A DNA stretch of 64,000 bases from NCBI GenBank assembly GCA_964106915.2, contig OZ066920.1. One strand, written 5' to 3'. A program made the position numbers and the translations under genes. Each line of letters begins with the position of its first letter. The stretch's first letter is position 1. This stretch comes from Podarcis gaigeae. Its lineage: Eukaryota. Positions 50,183-61,608 of this stretch are shown here, in pieces. Below the pieces are notes generated by a model. That model saw only the letters and a program-made list of their open reading frames with translations, searched no databases and was not told where the DNA came from.

Positions 50183-52603
50183 CTCTTCACCATTAGCCAT
50201 CTCAGAATGAAAATTGTTTCCACTGTTGCCTGTAAAAGGCACATCAGGTTTCTCACTGCTAAGAATATTGTCTACCATCTGAACATTGGGTGTCAGGAAG
50301 GCAAACTCGTTCTTCCTGGTCTCAGAAGATAGACACAGCTGGTAGGAATAGGGCAAAGTCCCATCTTCAAAGTTGGGTGGGAAGATGGCACCATTCTTGG
50401 AATGGGGAACAGGACCAAAGCACTGTAGGAACCTGGGATGCCCTGATTGACGGAGCTTCATTGTAACGGCCAGAATCACAGTCAAGAGGAACAAGAAGGA
50501 GATCACAGCTAAGGCCAGCACCAAGTAGAACTGCAGGTCAGACTGATACTCCGAGCTGCTGGGTTGGCTCTTCATTTCCGGAAGGGCCTCCTGAAAGTTC
50601 TCAGCAAACACCAGGTTCAGAGTCATGGTGGCCGAGAGAGACGGCTGCCCGTTATCCTTCACCATAATGACCAGTCTCTGTTTCACAGCGTCTCTCTCCA
50701 CAAAGGCCCTGGAGGTCCGAATCTCTCCAGTATGAGAACCAACTGTGAAGAGTGCTGGCTCAGTGGCCTGAGTCAGGTGGTAGGAGAGCCAGGCGTTGTG
50801 TCCAGAATCTGCATCCACGGCCACCACCTTGGTGACAAGATAATCTGCCTCGGCCGAACGAGGCACCATCTCAAACAAGGCTGAGCCCTTGGCTTCTTGT
50901 GAGGGGGACAGGATACGAGGGCTGTTATCATTCCTGTCAAGAACAAACACCCTGACGCTCACATTGGTGCTGAGAGGGGGAGAACCCCCATCTTGGGCCT
51001 TCACTTGCAGCCGGAACTCTCTGAATTGTTCATAGTCAAAGGATCTCTGGGCATAGATGGTGCCGGTCTCTGAATTAATGGAGATATAGGAGGAGATGGG
51101 AAGCTCCTCGATGTTGCTGTTGAGGATGGAGTACGTGATCCGTGAGTTCTGGTCCATATCGGGATCAGAGGCTTTGATAGTGAAAATGGAGGCACCTGAA
51201 GGATTGTTTTCTGGCACGTAGATGTTGTAGGATGGCTTCTGAAAGGAAGGGGCGTTATCATTGATATCTGAGATCTGTAGTGAGATTGTTTTGTGTGTGG
51301 AAAGCGGTGGAGTTCCTTTGTCAGTGGCTGTGATTGTAATATTGTACGCAGGAGCTATTTCTCTGTCCAAAGGACTGTTGGTCTGGAGCTTGAAGTAATT
51401 GTTTGATGAGGGAAAAACTTTGAAAGGTAAATCATTGTTTAAGTAGCAAGTAACCTTCCCATTATCACCACTATCTTTGTCATTTACATTGATCAGAGCA
51501 ATAACAGTCCCTGGCAGAGAATCTTCAGGAACAGGACTGAACATGGAGGCTAAAGTCACATCTGGGGCATTATCATTCTCATCATGAACCCTTAGCTCAA
51601 TGTTAGAATGTGTCATCAATCCACCTCCATCTTTTGCAGCAACTGTCATAGTATATTCATCGTTGTCCTCAAAATCCAGTTGCTCCAGTAGTGTGATTCT
51701 ACCACTGATGGGATCCAGCCTGAATTTCCGTTCAGCACTTGCTGGTATGTTACTAAAATGATACCTGATTTGGGCATATAAACCTTCATCCTTATCAGAG
51801 GCTGCAACCTGGAGCACAAGTGACCCAACAGGAACATTTTCAGATAAGCTGACCTTGTATACCTCTTGAGTGAAGACAGGCGGGTTGTCATTGGCATCAG
51901 TGACATTAATCTGTATCTGGGCCGTCCCAGTTTTCCTAGGCTCACCCCCATCCATAGCGGTAAGAACCAAGTGAAGGGTCTGTTCACGTTCTCGATCAAG
52001 AGGGTTCTGTAGCACCAGTTCTGCATATTTATTTCCATCTTTCCTTTCTCTAACTTCCAAAGAGAAATACTGATTGGAGCTCAGCTGGTAATCCTGGAGA
52101 GAGTTCATCCCAATGTCAGGATCTTCTGCTTTCCCAAGGAGAAAGCGGGCCCCAGGCAAAGTTTGTTCTCCTGTCTCCAAGTTGATGTTGCCATTGAGGA
52201 ACTGGGGTGAATTATCATTAACATCCTGGATTTCCACGAGCACATGAAAAATATTCAAAGGGTTTTCTACTACAACTTCAAAATTAACAAAGCAATTTGG
52301 ATTTCTGCCACATATCCCCTCCCTATCAATCCTGTCATTTACATAGAGGTTTCCATTCTCTGCATTGATACTGAAATGCTGCATTTTAGCCACAGACACA
52401 GTGTGCAGATTGCGATGTTTTAGTTCTTTGGTGCTCAGTCCCAGGTCCTTGGCGAGGTTCCCCACAACGGAACCCTTTGCCATCTCCTCAGGGGTTGAAT
52501 AATGAATCTGCTCTGATGCAGCCCAACAGGTAAAAGACAATAGAGAGAGAAGCAGTACTTGCCTTGTGAGTGCCCTGCCATTCCCTGGGTGCCTTCTCTC
52601 CAT
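50183..52603 (-). CDS. Protocadherin gamma-B-like variable exon 8 (subfamily Y)
   Basis: ORF 50063..52603; donor GAG|GTAAGA at 50183/50182. Confidence 0.95.
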
Positions 52604-52875
52604 CTGGCTGGTTCTCTCAAAAACAGGCTGCTTCCTTTTCTCAGTTTCCTATGCTCAAGCTCTCACAGTGATGAAGGAAACAACATGAGGTATCACTGAA
52701 GAAGAATAAACTGCCCTTGTTCTTATAGGTGTGCAAAGCAAAAGAGATTTTTCCTTCTCTGCAAGAGTTCCCTGTCTCTGTGCTCTTCAGCTGACTTGAT
52801 CTGAATAGCAGTGATGGGAGTTACTGCAGTCTAGGAAGCATCAATGGATCTCTATCCTCTCTCTGGCTCTCATAC

Positions 52876-52916
52876 TGGCCAACACTGACACTTAGAGGAC
52901 CACTCAAGGAACTGCA
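52876..52916 (-). promoter_or_regulatory. CSE / CTCF site, exon 8 (CpG-less)
   Basis: Same sequence as the exon 3 and exon 6 CSE. Confidence 0.75.
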
Positions 52917-53667
52917 TTTTGTTCTATGAAAATAGACAGAAGTGAATAAAAGCAGATATTTCTCCAGCACATACTGATACCTTCCTTTCTGCTCACTTAG
53001 TGGAGCATTTGAGAAAGCTTTTCCTTGGTGTTCTTTCTTAGTGTACAGCTACCCTCATTTATGTTCGTGGCTTTTCAGTACTGTGAAAATTGGGGTCGTA
53101 TCTAATACTGAAATTACATGAAGGTTATGCACATCTTCATTTTTTATTGGAAATATGGAAACATTATTATTAATATATAAATATCCAGTTACAGAGTAAA
53201 ACTTTATCTTAAAATTAATGTATTACGATAATAATTATGCTATAGTAGCACAGGAGCTGTACGTCTACTGTATTTTTGTTGTTGCTTAAATAGAATATAA
53301 ACACCCTCTTGAAATTATTCTCTTTTTTTATCTCTCCTAAGTTGTTGGATGCCTGTTCATCAACATTTATAGAACACAGCACAAGTTCTTCTCAGGGTTG
53401 GGTAGGAATTCCAAGAGTAACTTACTATTCCAAGAGTTCTCTCTCTGTCTGTTGAGGATAAGATAAGATGCAACACATGTAGCTTCTGTCTAGGCAGCAC
53501 GAGGTAATAAAAGTGTGTTCGCCGGTATTGGTTCTACATCAGACTCTGCCACCTGCCTCCTACCTGCTGGTGCCACACAAATGTCCTTGCTTAGCAGTTG
53601 CTCCCCGTGACCAAAGCAGGAACTCAGCACAAGTGCAGGACCAATGGCTATAGTTGCTCTACCAGCA

Positions 53668-53850
53668 GTAAAAAAGTTTAAAGGACCCCCTGGATAGTTA
53701 AGTTCAGTCAAAGGAGACTATGGGGTGGCAGCGCTCATCTCTCTTTCAGGCCGAGGGAGTCGGCATTGGTCCACAGACAGCTTTCCAGGTCATGTGGCCA
53801 GCATAACTAAACAGCTTTTGGCACAACAGAACACCTTGACGGAAGCTAGG
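53668..53850 (-). mobile_element. Sauria SINE 3' half
   Basis: Reverse-complement similarity to 31440-31580 (GCGCTCATCTC, GGTCATGTGGCCAGCA). Confidence 0.8.
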
Positions 53851-55108
53851 CATGATCCAAGAGAATAAAATGTTTGTTGGCACTTTGCACATGATTTCAT
53901 ATAAAGATAATAGCATCATGAAGTTTGGGAACTGAGAACAGTGGAGAGACAAGAGGTGTTAGAAGAAATCAATAGTGTCTAATTGAAAGAGTATATGATA
54001 GAGGTTTTATTAGAAAATAAGTAATTTACTTTCAGTTTGTATGCATTAGAGGGAATAGTTCCTCTTATTGCTCCATAGAACAGCCTACAGGACCATAAAC
54101 CCAATCTGGAGATGTGTATGCTATTCAAATCTTTTTGCCTGCCCTATATACCCTTGAAACTGGACCCCCACTGAACGGAATTTACATTTCCAAGTGATCA
54201 CAACCAGAGTGCTGCCTAATTTTCAACATGCTTCTAGTTTTTCATCTGCTAGTCTATCACACAGAAACATTGCACACAATTCTATTTCATAAAAACATAA
54301 AAGCATAAGAAGAGCCCTGCTGGATCAGGCCAGAGCTCTATTGAGTCCAGCATCCTTTCTCCCACTGTGGCCAACCAGATGCCCCTAAAAAAGCTCTGCC
54401 CTTGGTCCACAGTCAGAGGTGTCTGGTACTAGACATAATATAGCCAACATGACAATGAATTTTTTTCTAATCCCCCTTTAAAACCACCCAAGTAGGTGAC
54501 CATCATTTCTTCTTGTGGTAGTGATTTCCATTGTTTGTTTGTTTGTTTAAATAAGTAAATTATTTAGAAATGGGTTATATAAAAAGAAAATGGTTGGGTA
54601 TACAATTACCATTAAATTTCTATTATGAACTTAAATAAAGCATATAGCCTTCATAAAGATCCGAATAAAGTATGTGGGTCTGCGTTATCTTGAACTTCAT
54701 TGCACCAATAAAATATGAAAATAAACACAGAAAGTTATCAGACTGCCTCCCCTCTCTGACTCTTACTGTATTAATTAGTTGAACCATTGATAAAATATTC
54801 CATGCTGTAGTAATCCATTCCCCTAAAGTTGGTGTTCTTAGCCCCTGCCCTCAGTTATAACAAATAGTTGCTCTGGCCACAGACGGTTACTGTTGGAGTA
54901 ATTATCAGTCTTCTGTTGTACTAAATCCTTAAAGTAACTAGAGAAATCAATGAGAGGATCCATTGGCAAAGTGCATCCTGTCATTATTTCATTTTCTCTT
55001 ATCATATCCACCCACAAATTCTTAATTTAGGGACATGCCTTCCAAATCCGTTGCATCCTAGCATTGGTTGAATTGTACTTCCAACGTAATTATTTGCTGT
55101 ACTATAAA

Positions 55109-55213
55109 TTTGACCAAACTGTGGGAGGCTGTGGAAGACTGGAGTGCCTGGCGTGCTCTGGTCCATGGGGTCATGACGAGTCGGGCACGACTAAACAGCT
55201 AAACAACAACAAC
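55109..55213 (+). mobile_element. BovB extreme 3' fragment
   Basis: TTTGACCAAACTGTGGGAGGC..GGAGTGCCTGGCGTGCTCTGGTCCATGGGGTCA..(CAA)n. Confidence 0.88.
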
Positions 55214-55364
55214 TAAAATGTGACAAAGCCACAGTAGTGTCATGTACCATCAAAAAATAAACGTATACAAGTGTTTCTTAAGATTCACACTAATTGTTTG
55301 CTGCCATATCCATTTTCACTGATCTGATGTCCCAGACTTCTCTGGCAATTACTTTTTGCATTTA

Positions 55365-55640
55365 GTTGTCAACAAGGAATTCGATAGTTTAACTATGCAT
55401 TGTATGAAGAAGGTCTTCCTTAAATCTGTTCTGAATCTCCCAATGTTCAGCTTCACCCAATGGCCACAGGCTCCAGTAATATGGGGGAGGGGGATCTCTC
55501 TATTCATTTTCTCAACCTTGTTCATAATTCTATACAGCTGTTTCACTTCCCTTCTTGTATTTTATCTAAACTAAATATCCCTACAGAAGTTGTTACACCC
55601 ATTGATCATTTGGGATGCCTTTTTCTGTGCTTGCTGTATT
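55365..55640 (-). mobile_element. CR1 ORF2 C-terminal fragment
   Basis: QKKASQMING..YRIMNKVEKMNRE..GHWVKLNIGRFRTDLRKTFF. Confidence 0.75.
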
Positions 55641-56125
55641 TCACACAACTTCGTTTTATGAATCCTCCAGAGAAGCCACACACAGCCCAAAATAATACTA
55701 CAAATAAATAGGAAGCATTCACGTTTTATGCATTCTTCAGTTAAGCTGATCATAACAGGACAAATAAACTGTGCTTTGTGTGAGTGAAAAAGTACAAATC
55801 CTTATTTTTAATAGATGAGGGATATATAAATAACTATATATTTATGGTGACATGCTAATACCCCACAGGAAGATTGAACACTCAAGCTCTATGCATGCTT
55901 ACATTTCTTTTAATTCCTGAGATGAAGGCTCACTCTGCCATTATTGCATGCCTCAGAATTAATCCTTCGTCTAGCATTTCTATGTGTAGGGAAAGTTCTT
56001 CACAATCAGAACAACTGCTGTTAACACTGTAATTTTATTTTCCTGACCCCTTTATATAGTAAAATGAAATAAAAATATTAGTTTTATTCCTATAAGGTAA
56101 GGCCATTTCTGAAAGCAGAGCTTAC

Positions 56126-58555
56126 CTGCTCACCAACTTCCTCTTTGGCATTGGCATCCCCACAGTTGCCATCCACAAGAACCACCTGAGAGCTATCATT
56201 GCATAGCAAGTTTTCTGCCACCTGGATATGGGGTTTTGGGAAAGAGATCTGCTCTTTCCTCATCTCTGACGATAGACAGAGTTGGTAGGAATAAGGTAAA
56301 GTTCCTTCTTCATAGTTTGGTGGAAATATGACCTGCGCCTTAGAAAAAGCATTAGGTTCGAAGCACTGGAATAATTTGGGATTTCCTGATTGTCGAAGTT
56401 TCATGACAATGACCAGTATCACCATCAGGAGGAATAAAAATGAGATCAGTGCCAAAGCCAGCACCAAGTAAAACTGGAGGTCAGAATGATGCTCTGTGTC
56501 ACTGGATTGCCTAGTCATTTCTGGAAGTGCCTCTTGGAAGTTCTCAGCAACCACGAGGTTGAGGACCACAGTAGCTGAGAGCGGAGCCTTCCCATTGTCC
56601 TTCACCAAGATGACCAGCTTCTGTTTCACAGCATCTTTCTCCAGAAGGGCTCGTGACGTCCTGATCTCTCCCGTGTGGGTCCCAATGGTGAAAAGGGCCG
56701 GCTCTGTGGCCTGCAGCACTTGGTAGGAGAGCCAGGCATTGTGCCCAGAGTCCGCGTCCACAGCCACCACTTTGGTCACTAGGTAGCCTGGCTCTGCCGA
56801 GTGAGGCACCATCTCAAACAAGGCAGAGCCCTCAACACCCGGGACAGGATACAGAACGCGAGGGCTGTTATCATTCTGGTCCAAAATGTACACCCACACG
56901 GTGGCGTTGCTGCTGAGAGAGGGAGAGCCGCCATCTTGGGCCTTCACTTGAATCTGAAACTCCCTGAATTGCTCATAGTCAAAGGAGCGCTGTGCATAAA
57001 TAGTTCCCATCTCAGAGTTGATGGAGACATAAGAGGAGAGAGGCAGCTCCTCCATGTTGCTGTTGAGGATGGAGTAAGTGATACGTGAGTTGCGGTCCAG
57101 ATCCGGGTCCGAGGCTTTGAGGGCAAAAATGGAGGCACCTGAGGGATTGTTTTCAGGAACAAAGACACTGTAGGTTGATTTTTCAAAGGCAGGGGGGTTG
57201 TCATTGATATCTGAAATCTGCAGGGAGATGGTTTTGTTGGAGGAGAGAGGGGGGCTACCTTTGTCGGTGGCCGTGATTGTGATGTTGTATCCTGAGGCTT
57301 TTTCTCTGTCCAAAGGACTGTCTGTGAGGATTTTATAGTAGTTCTTTGAAGTTGACACTATTTGAAATGGTACATTACCTTGTAGATGGCATGTAATTTT
57401 TCCATTTTCTCCAGAATCTTTATCCTTTACGTTGATGAGAGCAATTAGTGTTCCAGAAGCAGAGTCTTCAGGAACTGGACTAGATAAGGAGGCCAGAATG
57501 ATTTCTGGGGCATTGTCATTCTCATCTATAATCTTTATATCAACATTACAATGAGCCACTAATCCTCCCCCATCTCTTGCTTCAACGGTCATAGTGTACT
57601 TCTCTGTTTCCTCAAAGTCAAGGGTCTCCTTAATTGTAATTGTTCCACTTTGTGGATCTAGTCTAAATTTTTCATAGACTTTTTCTGGGACTTTACTGAA
57701 TGTGTAACTGATCCGACTATTTGAACCTTCATCCCTATCAGAGGCTTTTACTTGGAGTATTGGGGACCCCACGGGGGAATTTTCCCTCAGGGTAACTGTA
57801 TAATCCTTTTGAGTGAAGACTGGTGGGTTGTCATTGGCATCTGTGACGTTAATCCATATCTGGGCAGTCCCAGTTTTTCTGGGCTCACCCCCATCAAGGG
57901 CCGTAAGGATCAACTGAAGCGAGTGCTCACTTTCCCGATCCAAAGGTTTCTGCAGCACCAATTCTGCATATTTATGGCCGTCCAGACTATGCTTAATTTC
58001 TAATATAAAGAACTGATTTAGGCTTAACTGATAATTCTGGATAGAATTAATCCCAATATCAGGATCTTCAGCTTTCCCAATATGAAATCTGGCACCCGGC
58101 AATGTGGATTCAATTATATCTAGTCTAATATTGGCTTCTAAGAATTGTGGGGCATTATCATTAATGTCTTGGATTGCTAGACTAACATGGAAAACATTCA
58201 ATGGCTTTTCAACCATCGCTTCAAAATCAATAATGCAGTGTGTGCTCTCTCTACACATCCCCTCACGATCTATCCTCTCATTCACATACAGGTTTCCATT
58301 TTCAGCATTGATAGTGAAATATGGCTTTTTACCTTCAGAAATGATATGCAGGTTTCTATTCCTCAGTTCTCTGGCATTGAGTCCTAGATCCTTGGCAAGA
58401 TTTCCCACCAAAGATCCCTTTGCCATCTCCTCAGGGATGGAATAGTTAACCTCTTCCAAAACTGCTCCACAGAACAAAGATGATAATATCAGAAGTGTTA
58501 TATACCTTCCTCGTGTTTGAAAGCTCTCTCCATGAAGGATTCCTCTTCTCTTCAT
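56126..58555 (-). CDS. Protocadherin gamma-B-like variable exon 9 (subfamily X)
   Basis: ORF 56090..58579; first ATG 58555; donor CAG|GTAAGC at 56126/56125. Confidence 0.95.
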
Positions 58556-58799
58556 TTTCCTCTTCTCTTTGATGAGCACAGGATTTCAGATTTCCACCAA
58601 GACAGGAGATTTTTTTTGCACAGTAAAAAAAAAAGAACTGGATCCTTTGGCTTAATTTGTATATGCTGCAGTGTTTTCTGTTTTCAGCTGAAACGTTTTT
58701 TCCCCAGCGTCTGCTGATATTCCCGATGTGCAGTTTGGGACAAAGAGATCTCTCTGCAGAAAGCATCAGTGAAACGTCAGCTGTCCTTGGATTGCCGCC

Positions 58800-58841
58800 T
58801 TGTCCAACAGTGACACTGTGAGTCTGAAACCGAGAACTGCA
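58800..58841 (-). promoter_or_regulatory. CSE / CTCF site, exon 9 (CpG-less core)
   Basis: GACTCACAGTGTCACTGTTGGACAA core as in exons 5 and 7; two spacer substitutions. Confidence 0.75.
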
Positions 58842-60163
58842 ATCTTTTCCCAGTGATTTTTCTTCCCTAATTCATGACATGACGTAGTAGTATTTTAAAG
58901 TAATGACTCAGACCATATTCTCATACAGGTTTTCTGAATATGCCTGTTAGAAAGTGTTATCTGTTCACCATTACAATAGGTTAAAAGGAATCAGCTTCAA
59001 ATTAATATTTGCAGCAAAGAAAAAGCAGTAATGAATTTATAGCACTATTTCCACTATTTCTTTAGAAAAAATCAGAATAGCAGACAGCAGTATGAGAATG
59101 ATATTGTTGTTTATAATAAAAGACTTTAAAACAAATTAGAAAAATATTGTATTAGGTATTTACAGGCATCTTAGACTGTGTGTGGAAAGCCTGAGGCCGT
59201 GTCTGAAAATTGTGTTTATCTTTACATAATTTCACTGAAAATAGTGCCACATCTCAAGTCCTATTTTGTCACCTTATGTCCACACGATTTCTGGTCTGTT
59301 TGTGTAGCTTTCTCCTTCAACAGATGTACTGTGTCAGTATTTACATTTGCCATTTTCCCCACCTGCCCATTTGTTCAGTTACGATAGACACTTTGCTGAT
59401 TTCATTTACTTTGTGGTGTGTGCTTTTGACCTTACACAACACCCCAGCTACTTCACAATATCACAGATATGGGTCATCCCCTCTAAATATGCAAGCAATA
59501 TGGAGACCCCTATTTTGCCGGTGGGGACTTGGGGTGGGACAGGACAACCAGAAAGCTACTCAGAAATCACTACGGTCCTTTCAGTATTTTAGGAAGCTAC
59601 ATATCGTCTCCAGCTGTCAATGCAACTTCATTTAATCAAGGAACAAAACTACATAAATAAGCCCTGGGTGTTATATGCTGAACCTCAAATGTTCTGAGCT
59701 TTCCCCTCCATTTTTAAACTTCTTTTTCTATGTTGAGCACACTGCAATTGTCAGTCATGGTCCTGTCCCCTAATTCCTTCCAACACCTAGCACCAACCCT
59801 GGCAAGAACACTCCTCCATCCTGACACCTGCCCTACTGGCCATGAGCCCAGCAGGGAGTTGGAGCGGGTGGTTCATTGCAGGCTTAAGTAACTCAAGAAC
59901 CTGCTAAGATATCCCACAATGCTATGATCAGAAATATAGTTATCCATCTATTCATGCATTCATGTCATGTAAGCAGCATAGCTAACATGTTGGTAGAGCA
60001 GTTCAAGAATTCAACATGCTTCATGTATATTGAGCTGGTCTCATGTAAAGAACAAAACTGTGAACCAGGAATTCCATGGTATGAATTTTGCCTTTGACAG
60101 GAACTCACTTATATAAGAATTATAAGATAATGTGTCAAATCCAGACTTCATCATACTTAGAGT

Positions 60164-60249
60164 AAGGTAAAGGTAAAGGGACCCCTAACCACCCGCATCC
60201 CGCTTCATACAAAAAGGGACCCCAGCACCACCCGCATCCCGCTTCATAC
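60164..60249 (-). mobile_element. Collapsed, doubled Sauria SINE ends
   Basis: SINE head GGGATGCGGGTGG joined directly to tail GGGGTCCCTTT, twice in tandem. Confidence 0.65.
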
Positions 60250-61608
60250 CTAAGAGTAGCCCGACTTAAATAAAATTGACTTAAATTAGTCTTGCTTTAC
60301 TAACTTGGTCTAAGGATAACTAATTCTGAATCTGACCCATTATATGCAATGCCCTTTGAAACATATAAATATAATGTAACTATCATTATTAGTGTCTAAA
60401 TCATGAGGCAGAAATACATGATGCAGGCAGTGCAATCTGGCAGGTAGCATTATTGAAAAAACTGACATGGAAATTGAAGATAGCAAGAGGCCAAGGGAAA
60501 TATGATAACTTTTATGCAGTCTTGGATGACTTTATAGATTATACAAACAGTGAGGCATGTGGCAGAACGGTGCCTTGGCCTACAGCACAGTTTGGTGTGC
60601 ATGAAGCACATATTTTATTTTATTTTTCCTCCTTGCCTTTGTATAATCCCTGCAGACCAGCACTGCTGCTGATACAATATATATTTGTAGTTGTGGGCAA
60701 CAGTCAAAGAGATGGAGGTTATTACATACCATTTTGTTTTTGTTAAAATTGAAATGATTTTAGAATATACACTTTAGCAAAGCTCTGTGGAGTATTCGAA
60801 GATAACTCTCTGTCTGTATGTAATTGTTTTATTTTTGTTTTAAATAAATTTAAAAAATAAATAAATGCACAATTCATGTCTTTAACAAAATATCCCACAT
60901 TATCTGTCCGCCTGTCCACCTTTCAGACAGTTGTTTAGAAAGAGCTTTAATGCAATGTGGTTTCACTTAAAGGAATATGGGGGCTGGAAATATCCACAAT
61001 CTACTCTAGAAGGCCAGTCAGTCAGTCAATCAGTCTTGACTTGACTTTTTTTTACATCACTCATGCAGGAACACACATGCCTATTAATTTGATTTTATGG
61101 AGAAGGAAATAAAGCATAATTTACAGAAACCTCTCAAAAGTGTATGTCTTTAAAATCTATTGCTTAAAAAAATGCTAGTAATACTAATAACAGTGATAGT
61201 ATTTTCTGCTATATAGCAAGGTGCCCTCCTTTGATTCTACAGCCAAAATTGCTGCCCCCCCAAAGCCAAGTAATGTGAAAAATAAAGTTCTTTCCCTCAC
61301 TTTATTTAAGTTAATGAAAGTAGTTGAAGGTCAACTCCTCAAAATACTAGTTGTTCAAATGACAACAAGATAAGTTCTACCAGATGGTTTCAAGGGCATG
61401 GCTCGAAGCTGCAATGTGTAGCTTCCCCATGGAGTGAAAAGGACGCATCCTGATTCATGAAAGCCAAATGATGTAAGAGCCAAACTATTCATTTATATGA
61501 TGAAAAACAAAAAGGCAGTCACATTTCTGGATAAAACGCACTGTGACAATGTCACTAATGGCAAAGAATGATGGATAATGGCATTTAATTTCAGAAAACA
61601 AACCTTAC

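Noticed and set aside
19880-52620. Identical 61-aa overlapping [13 protein letters not shown].. at three Y starts
   Set aside because: Starts at TTG; alternate frame of converted sequence.
17628-58555. Near-identical exons as a pure assembly artefact
   Set aside because: Each copy has private substitutions, distinct EC2-EC3 and distinct spacers and TE insertions; only fine-scale mosaicism needs long-read confirmation.
49880-61395. CCAG(G/A)TGGTTT motifs after exons 8 and 10 as reverse CTCF sites
   Set aside because: They lack the GGC end of the core and the upstream module; the paralogous site after exon 6 is degenerate.
2651-61608. Full single-exon ORFs running past the donors to a stop
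   Set aside because: Each has a consensus GT donor at the conserved position and the read-through peptides are not conserved. Unspliced isoforms cannot be excluded but are unsupported.
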